A DNA stretch of 64,000 nucleotides, from positions 1-64,000 of the forward strand of contig JYFJ02000541.1 of assembly GCA_000934665.2 (NCBI GenBank), read 5' to 3'. Shown piece by piece: positions 25,863 to 44,585 of this stretch. A model generated the notes under the pieces. It saw only the letters and a list, made by a program, of their open reading frames with translations, made no database searches and was not told where the DNA came from. Source of the DNA: Catajapyx aquilonaris (Eukaryota). The translations under genes were made by a program, and so were the position numbers. How positions within the stretch are numbered: the stretch's first letter is position 1; every line of letters begins with the position of its first letter.

Positions 25863-27547
25863 ATGCCAGCTATGCCCGAAGTGATGTCCTACTGGCCCCT
25901 GCCCTTACTCACGGCGGTTTTAGGCTTCCTGGCTTACTACTTCTTCACGGCGGTCAAAGTTCCTGTAGTGGTTGTGAGGCCCGGGCCATTCCAGCGGTTC
26001 CTCCACCGGCATGTACCATTGCTTCAAAAGAGGTACTGGCCAGCAATTTGGTGCTTGGATGCCAGAGCACAGATGCTGGTGTCGTCCGTACTTCGAGGAA
26101 CCAGACCACTGGCTCCTTACCACAGGTATGGTAATATTATTTGTTTACCCCACAACCTGCTACATGTGTCCTGAAATGTCAGGGAGCTGTTCCGGTTTTC
26201 GGATGGCGGCGAAACTGCTCTTGATTGGCTTCCCGAGCCGTCTTTATCCGCCCCCGCGATCACGGTGTTGTTGGCCGGGGTCACTGGTGACTCACAGGCC
26301 GATTACCTGAGGTCGCTGGCCCAAGCTGTGGCCCAGACTGGTTCGGTGGCGCTTGTGGCTAACTACAGAGGACGAGCCGGAATACCTTTGACGGTTAGTA
26401 TATTTTGGGTTTAAATTGGGTCGAAATGACATCTGTGATTGTTGGTTAGAAACCGTGGGTCCCTTGCGTGACCGAGACCACCGACCTGGGAGAGGTCATC
26501 GAGCATCTGAAGAGCCGGTTCCCTCGCACTCCGCTGCTGGTTGTTGGTATCTCTCTGGGAGGGTGAGTGTGACGGGACTACGCACTGAATAGGTGTTGAC
26601 TTGTTCATAGTCCGATTGGATAGTTTGTACAATATCTAGTGAAAGGACCGTCGCAGAATCCTGCTAGGTCACTACCTGGCCGAGGAAGGAGAGAAGGCGG
26701 TGGCCAAGGTGCAGGCGGCCATGCTGGTGTCACCGGGCTTCCATGTACCCAGCGGTATGGCCAGCATGGAGAGTACCTATTTCAACAGAGGTCTTAACCG
26801 GCATTTGGTGCGCAAGCTGTGCGAACAAGTTGAAGCGTGAGAATATTTCCTGTACCTTCACTGAAATGACCTTCAGTAATGACCACTCTAAATGTCGCAC
26901 TGTATCCATCCTGTGCGTGTTGCATAACAAAAAAGTATCGTCACGCGCTAATAGTCTTTTTCCGTTTCTTTGGCGCCAGCAACAGGGACATTTTCGAGAG
27001 GGGTGGCCTGTACGACGTCACTAAAGTGCTACAGGTACGTATTGCATGTCGTATGCGTGTCGTATTGCAAATTATGCTGTCCTGTTGCAGAGTGAGCTTG
27101 CCCGTGATTTCGACAATGGTCTGACGTCTAGGATGTACGGATTCGGTGATGCGGGTTCGTACTACGAAGCTGCCAGTTTGGGAGACAAGTTGATGAAGGT
27201 GCGGGTACCTCTCTTGGCCTTATCCAGTACCGACGATCCCTTCCAGCCACTAGAGAGTGAGTTCCTTCCAGCCATACCGCCCATGCAGAATCTTATGACT
27301 ACTTTTAATCTCTTCAGCAATTCCCTTGGACATTGCCCGGCAGTCGTCCCACGTCGCCATCACCTTGACAGTCAGGGGAAGTCACATGGCGTTCTTGGAA
27401 AACGGTTCTGTGGGAAGTGTGCATTTGACAGAACGCCTTTTGGTGGAATTCCAGGCCGCTTTGGCCAGTCATGGACACGAGCTGAACCTGGACGACGAAA
27501 TACCCCTTGAAACCAACCGGACTTCTAACAGTGTTCCCAAAGTATGA
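25863..27547 (+). CDS. Alpha/beta hydrolase of the ABHD1/2/3 family, copy 2
   Basis: Seven coding exons. TM anchor [53 protein letters not shown], nucleophile GISLG, acid TDDP, His in RGSHMAFLE. Clearly paralogous to 19413-22544. Confidence 0.92.
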
Positions 27548-28637
27548 TCGGTACCTAATGTTTATAAACATTAACCAAGGGGCTGTGCGATACGATTAAA
27601 ATGCAAGGGTGAATTTTTATGCACAATATGTTGGGTGAAGGGTATATGTTTAAAAAAAAAACAGTAAAATGTTTATTAAAAGTGGTGCTTCAGTACAAGT
27701 GATCGGGGATTTGTAATAAATGTTTACAGGAATTGCAGCGATTATTCTAGGATAGAGTTCAGCCAGATATCCCTCTCTACACTAGGTGAGTCATCATCTT
27801 ATCAGCGCCTGATTAAATAATGCAGGATATGCAGGCCATATCCGTCAGAGATATGAAGTAAAATTGATTTTTTCACTACGCCCAATAAACACTACATCTA
27901 CACTGCATAGTGTCAAAGTGCTATGGTGCAAGCACCATGCCTTCAAGCCATATGGCCGGGAAAAAAACGGTGTGTCATCACTCGTCCTTGCAAAATCCCA
28001 TCGAGGCTATAAAAAGTGTGAATAATCATTTTGATGCCATCATGTGAACGATAACCACCAGGTCATCGTATGTCACCCTAGGTTCCCCAACTAAGCGGTA
28101 CTTCCCCTCGAGACAAAACCCACGATGCTTACTGGATCACAAAAGAGGGCTGCATCCCCCCATAATCCAGGAACGAGATAAGCCAGTGGTATCCTAGACA
28201 TTACAATGAGCACAGCGACAGAGGCTGCATCGCGCTGTTGCTGAGGAAGCGGAAATTGGTGAGCCTCCTACACACGTGAAGCGTGACTCATTGGGAAACA
28301 AGGTATCGCGCACAAGTGTACGGATGTGACAGGTGTTCGTGTGTTGGGTAAGTAGGTAGCGATGGTTGGGTATGATCAAATGGTGAAAATTCATGTTTAA
28401 TGCATGACCTTGATGGAACTTAAGTATGCGGTTGCAGTGTAAGGGCGCGGTACACGTTACGATGTGCACAGTTGAATGCAATAAGTCGATATCGGGTTTT
28501 AAAATTAAGATGCTATAGGAATAGTGAGAGAGAAAATGAACGTTACGTAATTATGCATGTTGCTGAAGAATAAAAGCACTTTGCGTCCTTGAACCTGTAT
28601 GCGTCAATCTATCTAACCGGTTTGTGGCTACGAATTA

Positions 28638-28763
28638 GGGCCGGTTTCATCGAGCTCGGTATATGATAAAACCAGGGTTATTTCGTAAAATCCCTACATA
28701 TTTGTATAGATTTTCCTAAAGAAACCTGGTTTTATCATATACCGAGTTCGGTGAAACCGGCCC
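28638..28763. mobile_element. PIF/Harbinger-type (Tourist-like) MITE
   Basis: Near-perfect ~38-bp TIRs GGGCCGGTTTCATCGAGCTCGGTATATGATAAAACCAGG ... CCTGGTTTTATCATATACCGAGTTCGGTGAAACCGGCCC; TTA target duplication on both sides. Confidence 0.85.
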
Positions 28764-30493
28764 TTAGGCGATATTGATATGTATCTAAGTCTAAAATACC
28801 CTGCTTTATTTTGGAGGCAGGTGATTTCCTAATGCGATTTTAATGATGAGATACGTTTGTTATCCCAAAAACGACCCTAGTGGATATAATGGTATTTTCG
28901 GGTATTTGTGTCTAGTCTGTTCAGTTTATGCAGTTTATGAGCTGTCAAACTCGTCTGTGAGAGTAAAGAAACTTGAGTATTCCCACCAAAAATGCGATGG
29001 TACGAATGACGTCTACAACTGTACACATGGAGAAGAATTCAGAGTATAATGGTGCCTACATGTCACTGACACTACGGCACGCGTAGCCTACATTGCAAAA
29101 CAGATTCTGTAAACATAGCATTGCGAAACAATAGCTGTACATTCCGGACTCCAAAGCTCAACTGGAAGAAGTGCATCATTGGTTACTTGAACCGTTACAA
29201 ACGAGGTTACAAACATGAAGCATATACTTCAAAGCCAATAATATATTACTCTCACCGATACTTAAATTTCGTTGTAGAAAAAAATGTAGTCCGATAATAA
29301 AAATTCACGCAACTCGTGTGAAAGTGACGCCTGAATACAATAGGAGATCCCACAATAAAGACAATCATTGCGTAATCATCAATTAAGTTTGCAATCCTTC
29401 ACTTGCAATGGCCTAATGCTTTAATGACGGTAACTAGTCATATCAATGGCTATTCAGGGACACGGGGACTAATGCCATATCGAGATTTAATCAGAGGGGA
29501 AATACCGCCAAATGTGTGTCACCACCACAGTCAATGCCATGTTTCTTATTTCAGATACTTTTACAGTAACTCCCACATAATGGGCCCGTATGATACGTAT
29601 ATAAAATTATAGTCAGACAAGTTTACCACAGGTGGTGGGTTGGCCTGATCGACTGATGACATTAAAATACATATTTTATTTCCTGTCTTTCCAAAGATGA
29701 TAATGACAAGGTCAAAAAATCACACTACTTGTCAGCCACTATTGCACAATAATCTATGGCCCGTTTCTATGCATACGACCGTGTACGGCAGTCTCCGGTG
29801 ACAATGGATCGAAGTTTTCTCTGTGCTATGCGAATATCGCTTTAGGTTTCTGACGTGTCAATTAATAGCCAGTCAATTAGGTCAGTTTTAAAGTAGCGCA
29901 TATAACCTTGAGACTGACCACCCGAAGCAATCTTGGGCAAGAAGGCTGTGTCCAAGACCTGGAAGAGTATGTGCGGGCTTGATTTCTGCTTCCTGTTATC
30001 CGGATGTTAGTAACGTTATTTTTAAATAGCTCTCATTTTTATTAGTCTATTAGTTGTGGGAGATGAGCGCATTGGGACCCAACAGTGTGACAAGTGATCC
30101 CACCAGTGCCGCATGTTCTTAAAAATGTTGTTTCAATACCCTTTTCCATGACAACTTGACAATGTGAATTTATTACATGACCAAAAGAGTAGTTTTTTGG
30201 GGAGGGGAAATGATGTTTCATGTCTTGAAAGTATTAAGTATATTCATTCTACAAAAAAACACCTAATGGAAAGTAGGCCTACTAATTATGGCATGGCAGT
30301 GCCAGATACCTTACATACTTGGGTCTATTCACATGTTAGTCTGTAATGCACAATTTCAACATGTTATTTTTTTTGTCGGGATTTCCAATTCTTGCCTATA
30401 ATTTGATCACCATTTGCATACATATTCACATGATGTTTGCATTATTAGCTGCCCACCTACATGACACTTATTTTTCCTACAGGTCCTGCATAT

Positions 30494-33400
30494 ATGCCCA
30501 TCGCCATGGCTCCATCGTCAGAAGTTCCATCACCAGAAACCAAAGCAAAACCTGTGGAGTACCCTCAAGTGTGTCCTCTCTGCAAGGTAACCTGTTATGA
30601 TGAAAAGGAACGTCAGAGGCACCGATCCGGACTCATTCATCGCTACAAATATCTGACTCATTGGTATGGGAAGAGCAGGTATGTAAAGCAGGTGGGAGGA
30701 ATGTTTATAAGCTAGTCATTGGTACTTGGGCATGACAAAAGAAAAAAAAACAACTAATTGCATGGAGCCCTTGTGCCAGTTTTGAATAATAACTGTTACA
30801 TTTGGAAACAAATTATGGCTTGCAGGACTTCCCTGTTGACCAACAAGTCTGATGTGGTAGTGGTGGTGGATGACATGCCAGAGGAAGTGAGTGAGGCTGA
30901 GGAAGGTCGGCTGGAAATCGCAATGATTCCTGGTCATGGTGGAGACCTTACCTTAGTTGTGTATAATGGAAATGAAAACCCTATCCGCTTGCGGACAGTT
31001 GAGTGGCTCATGAAGTGCCCAGAGGTGGATATTGTGGCTCATGATAAGCATGGCGTTTGTAAAGATAAAAAATGCGTCTTAATGCCACCACAATCTGAAT
31101 TTGAAATTAACCTGAAGTTTACTGGGACCAGTGAAGGGGCCTTCACAGCAGTGATGGTTTTTCAGTTTAGATTTGAAGACTCCACAGACATGTTTTTTAT
31201 TGTGAGAGAGCTAGTCTTTCATGTGCAAGAAGATCTTGACCTGATGAAATTTTTGCTGCCCAAGGGGCCTTACAAGGCTGGATTCAAAGGCCCACGCAAG
31301 CAAGAAGACCTCGACATTGTGTCGGCTCCACCTATAGAGTTGTAAGTTATTCTCACTTGTTGGAATATGGTGTTTAGCTCACTCTCACTGGTGAAAATTT
31401 GTGGATGCTCATCTCAAATGCCTGTTGTGTCAACAGTGTATGTAGCTCACTGCGGCACTTGAAGGTGATGTTATGGGAATTAATGGAAATGAGTGCATTT
31501 GAGATTTTTACTGATACAGATGTGAGCTAAATGATGATATATGACATGTAGATACTCTTAGGTGAAATAACTTACATGGAGAGGATAAGGGTAATTGTGA
31601 AATATTTTTAAAATTTTCAAATAAATGAGCAAGTGGGTGTGTCAGCTTTTAAATTCAGATACACGTTATGTGGTCATATTATGATGAGCTTATAAATGAA
31701 GCCAGTAATAAACTAATGTTTTCCTTTCCAGTAATGGTAGCATGAATGAGCTTTCACAAACCAGGCTTGGACAGTACCATCTTCCAGAGGAATATAATAG
31801 ATTTGTTGCTGCGGGGATGAAAGCCCATAGTCGCATGGCATCTGCGGATACAATTCAAGTCAACAAAATTATGTAAGAATGATAATCGAGGGTACAATTA
31901 TTTGCAGTTGAGTAATTAAATTTCATCTTGAAGTGAGCTGCTAGCGAAAGGTGTAAGGCGAGATTCATATGCAGAATATTTTTCGACGCTCTTATACATT
32001 GAAGAGGCTAAGATGAAACAGGACATGAGGCTGTATGATATGCATAAAGTCCCACTAGGAAGAGTACCTTGTTCAGATCTCATGATCCTGAAGGTGAGCA
32101 ATCAATTCGCATATGGTTTCCCCAGTCAAGTTATTTTATTCAGGTTCCAGGCTTGGCTGAGAAACGACCATCAGTGTTGAAGGGTGATTCTGTGTTTGCT
32201 CGGCTTTGGATTAATGATGAACTTGGCTCCACTGAATATGAAGGGCGAGTTGAAGCAATTGGTCAGTCAGATGTCCGACTCCAATTTGACAACCTGTGAG
32301 TTCATACATTTTTGTTTCAAAATCCATATTTCATTGATAAAGTTTTTGATAACTGAAGCATGGTCATTCACATCCCCCCTGTCCATAACCAATGTTTTTT
32401 TTTGTGTGGCACATATTAATTATGGCATAATGAAAATTCATCTTCTCATTGCATCAAGTTGCTCACTTGATTAGAGCTAGAACTAGAGCTGGAAGATACA
32501 GATGCTTGCTAAATAAGCTATTCTCTGAAATTGTACTCGATCTCTTTCAACCTTTTTGTGCACTTTTTAATGCAATAAAAACCCTTGCTTTCAGCTTCTA
32601 CTTACGTTATGAAGACAGGAATGTAAGTGTCCGATTTTCATTCACACGAAGGCCAATCCGATACCAACACCGTGCCTTAGAAGTGGCCCAAAAGGGAAGA
32701 AAACTAAGCGAAGTACTGTTTCCAAGAGTTAAATCACTAGGAAAAGTCCCACTTTGGCGTTCCCTGAAGGAAGAACTGAAGTGAGTCCTTTGACATTATA
32801 GAATGAAATAATGATTGAGAATGTGCAATGAGATAATGGTACTGACATCTTTTATTGTTGCTCAGTTAACTGTCACAAAAGCACACACTAACGTTCGTTG
32901 TGATCTCTATCTCAGCCCATTCAACAATCATCTAAAGGAGAACCGAGAGCAGTGGCAGGCTGTGAGACACATAGTATCTGGCTCCTCTCGTCCTGTAGCA
33001 TACCTGGTGTTTGGCCCACCTGGAACTGGAAAGACAGTCACACTGGTGGAAGCTATCATCCAGGTTTGGAACTGCCTTAGATATTCACACATCCTAGTAT
33101 GCGGCGCCTCCAACTCTGCTTCGGACCTGCTGGCCAAACGTCTCCTGACCGTGGTTCCACCAGAGCAACTTTTCCGCATGCATGCCGTGTCCCGTGATTG
33201 GAAGACTGTGCCCAAGGAACTGAAAGAGTGCAGCAACTGGAATGAGCAGGAGAAGTCCTACTTTTACCCAGCAGAAAAAGCGCTTATGCAGTACCGCATT
33301 GTAGTGGCCACGCTGGTGACGGCAGGCCGACTGGTGGGGATCAATTTGCCCAAGGGTCACTTCACACACGTTTTTGTGGATGAAGGAGGGCAGGCCATGG

Positions 33401-34689
33401 AGCCTGAGATGTTGGTTGCAGTGGCTGGAATTCTGGATGCAAATGGAAAAAGGCCTGGCCAGCTTGTGGTTGGAGGTGACCCCAAGCAGTTAGGGCCAGT
33501 GCTGCAGTCTGGGTATGCCATGGAAAATGGCCTTGGCATGTCATTCCTGGAACGAATGATGACAAGCTGTGATATATACCACCGACATGGGGACCAGTAC
33601 GACCCTAGGGTACTTACCAAGCTTTTGAAGAATTTCAGGTACCTTGGTTTTTTGTGTTATCATTGTGTGTAGGTTCTATATGAATTGCTGTCACTACTCA
33701 ATATAATTATTACCAATTGGCAGGTCACATGAACACATCTTAAAGCTACCCAGCAGTATGTTTTACGATGATGAGCTACAAGCCTGTGGTGACACAAAGA
33801 TAACAGAGTCACTGTCCCAATGGTCAAAGCTGCCCAGGAAAGGGTTTCCAGTCGTCTTCCATGGAGTTCTAGGTCGTGATCTGCGCGAGGAAAATTCTCC
33901 CAGCTTCTACAATGCAGAGGAAGTTATGCTGGTCATTCACTACATCAAGGAACTTCTCGAGGAAAAGAGCTTCAGTCCACGTGTCACTCCCGACGAAATT
34001 GGGGTGATTTCACCATACAGAAAGCAAGTTCAGAAGATTCAGAAATGTGTAGGCCAAAACCAGTGGGATGGCATGACCGTTGGATCCACCGAAGAGTTCC
34101 AGGGGCAGGAGCGGAGGGTGATCATTATATCCACTGTGAGGAGCTCACCCAGCTGGCTCAACATGGACCAGAAGCATATGTTGGGGTTCCTCTGCAATCC
34201 CAAGGTATGCTCAACAGAACCTACAGCTGGATGTGGAATAAGCCGGACACTTTTTGCCTAATTTGCAATTTACTGGTTTTTGCAGAGATTTAATGTCGCT
34301 ATCACAAGAGCTCAAGCTCTCCTAATTGTGATTGGCAACCCAAACATCCTGAAGGAGGATGACAACTGGAACAAGCTTCTCCAGTACTGTTTGAAGAACG
34401 AATCATATGTTGGGCCTCCCTTCGAAGCACCTTCCCATGAAGGACAGTTAGGCGAAGCAGGCGACTTTCTGAGAAGCTTCAACGATCTTAAGCTTGGTAG
34501 GTGGCTTCTTGCTGGCCTTTTCTCTCCCCTTTCAAATAGCATCATGTAGGCTAACTATCAAGTGACTACCAGATATTAGAGGCAATGATTTTTCAAAAGA
34601 CTGTAACATTCTGGATTTGAAGAGATTGCTGGTCATAAACAGAACTTTGTCTCTTTCCCCCAGGTCCGCCCAAGCGCGGGAAGAAGTAA
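30494..34689 (+). CDS. MOV10: MOV10/Armitage-type UPF1-like (SF1) RNA helicase
   Basis: Ten coding exons. [15 protein letters not shown] (typical of MOV10), Walker [10 protein letters not shown], motif [89 protein letters not shown]. Last mini-exon 34664-34689 encodes GPPKRGKK*. Confidence 0.9.
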
Positions 34690-34886
34690 GCAGCAGCTAA
34701 TACTGGAATTTTTTAAATTTGATGCGTGTATTAATGTAATAATTTACTGGTGCTGGACATCAAAGTTTTTAAGGGATATTTTTGTAATCCACTGTTAATT
34801 CGGGACATTTTAAAATTACAGTGATCAATGAAAATTTAAATGTTTATTTATTATCTGCAAATTCTATCAATGGAAGACATTAGATT

Positions 34887-36695
34887 TCATATCAGCTTGA
34901 CTTCACCAGTGCAATGGGGACAACATTTGTATGCAACCTGTCCCAAAGCATGGCTACCTGACCCACAAGGACAGGTGGAAGTACTTGACCCAGTTCCCAA
35001 AAGGCAGGACAGGTCAGCAGCAGGCAGAAGAGGTAGGGTGGCCATAACATGGTGAGTAAGTTCTTCAGCAGGTGTGGCACACATTGTTGACATATCAACA
35101 CAGGCTCGAGTTTTTGGAAGTGCCCCGCTCATCAAATAATTTTTATCAATCAGATCCATCAAGTCACACTTTCTAGAGTCTTCAGGTTCATTGCAGTGAA
35201 GCATGAGATTACGGTGTGTTGCAGCAACCTTCTCCTGCATTATTTTGTACTCTCCCAGCATGGCTGACATGGCATTTCGGGTGTCCTCAAATCGGCATAT
35301 CAGTGCAGCTTTCCATCTAGCCAGTTCATCTACCATAAGGCTGCTGGCCAGAAATTTACTCCTCCAGACATCACACTGAATTCCCAAGCGGTCCTTCTCC
35401 TCATAGTCTGCTGAAACTCGCTCGGTGTAATGTTGGATGTCCTTAGCTAGTTTCATTTTGTCTTCAGTTAGGAATGATACACGTGCCTGGAGATCCTCTC
35501 CTACGGATGCCACTAGCAGTTTCTTTAGCTCGCCATTTACCTGAACCTGAATTCTGAGCTGTTCTTCAAGAATAGATTTCTCTTCACGCAGCCGTCTCAG
35601 CTCCATATTTGGGTCATCTTTCAAGGGAGGCTCTGAAGATTGTTTCGGCACAAAGGGTGCAGGTGCGTGAGGTGACTGTGGGCGTGACATCTTCCGTTTG
35701 TTTTCTACAGGAACCATTGGTTTCACTGCGCATTTATACGGCTCATATGGGACGAATTTCGGCTCCTTCACCTGCAAGACATGGAAATATTTGTAACCAT
35801 CCACTGCATACTGCCTACGAGATCTGGTAAGCAGTAGTATAAGCAAATACACTGGTACCTCTAAACCAATTACATTTGGTGCATGACGGAAAATCAAACT
35901 TTAGTACTCTTATGCACTCATTAAGGTGCATTTACATGTGAGCGATTTGACGAGTGAAGTCTTCGCCGAGCGATAACATCACCGAGTATCCAGAGTAACC
36001 AATATTGTATGAGATGAAAGTAACAATCGATTTTCGCCTCAAACACTACTGGTTACTCGAGTTACTCAGCGATGTTACCACTCGGCGAAGACCTCGCGCA
36101 ATCAAATGGCTCATATGTAAACGCACCTTTAAAGTTCAGGCTGCATCAACAGTTAGACTAGCTGATACACTACCCTAAAATAATTTAGGTGGATTCTACA
36201 GACATTACAATGTGGCTAAACCATTCCTGTTTCATGGTATGTTCGTATGTGACATGACTCAGATGCAAATCAGAGACGTTGTTGCTCACATACCTTTTTG
36301 TTGCCAATAATTATGCACGTGTCCCGTTTAGCACTTTTGATCTTCTCCGTATGGACCGGCGGAGTCAGCACCTGCTTCTTTGCTTCTGGGCTGGCGAGGC
36401 AGGACTCCATCCCATCTCCCTGTGTCCTGATTGGGCTTGGAACCCTGTGGTATTGCCGTCCTGCAAGACCAAACTCAAAATTAATTACATTACAACAATA
36501 ATTCCCTAATTGCACGCAACTTCAAGCATGAATGAAAATGACCCCAATAATCAAACGGTGCGACCACACTTTCTTACCTTGCTCCTTACCCTCACCATGT
36601 TGAGCTCCCTGCGCAGGTTTGGCCCTGGGTGTTGCCACGGGTGTTTCCACCACGGGCGTCACCTCCTCAGGCTCAGACTCCATCGAGTTCCCCAT
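34887..36695 (-). CDS. BLZF1: Golgin-45 (BLZF1) homologue
   Basis: Exons ~36578-36695, ~36295-36461 and 34887-35771. Coiled coil QVNGELKKLLVASVGEDLQ...IQCDVWRSKFLASSLMVDEL, N-terminal PIRTQGDGME and C-terminal CCPHCTGEVKLI* all match remembered Golgin-45 hallmarks. Confidence 0.9.
35924..36128. mobile_element. PIF/Harbinger-type MITE in a BLZF1 intron
   Basis: Long imperfect TIRs AGGTGCATTTACATGTGAGCGATTTGA ... TCAAATGGCTCATATGTAAACGCACCT; nearly the whole element folds back. TTA target duplication at 35921-35923 and 36129-36131. Confidence 0.85.
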
Positions 36696-36799
36696 ACCCC
36701 CCAACCTGTAGCTACTGCCACATATGCAAAAACCTGTTAAGTGTCTGCCCCGCCCTTCCTCCCTTTGCTTGTGGAGAAGCCCAGCCCTGCAGCCGCCTA

Positions 36800-37096
36800 A
36801 CCATGCAATAAAAATCCGTAAAAACGCACTCTAATTAACAACTAATTAATCCAAAAATTCCATGAAGAAACTTTCACTCCCCAAAAAATATGTGGTCTGC
36901 CAACTTCGCAAATCCGCCGCCAGATGGCAACCCTGCTCTAATAAAATGTATTTAAATTTGTTAAAAATTTAAATAGGTGCATCTAGCCATACGGATTAAA
37001 ACGGGTTTGTTTTAAATTAAACGTAGATGCTGTAGGGGTAGCCAAGTGAAGGGCAGAGAAATGTCCTGAGAACAACACAAAAAGATTGAGTGAGCA
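36800..37096. promoter_or_regulatory. Probable bidirectional promoter between BLZF1 and ATG16
   Basis: Head-to-head genes with start codons about 400 bp apart. CTCF-like motif CCGCCAGATGGCAAC at 36917-36931. Confidence 0.5.
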
Positions 37097-44585
<7,489 letters not shown>

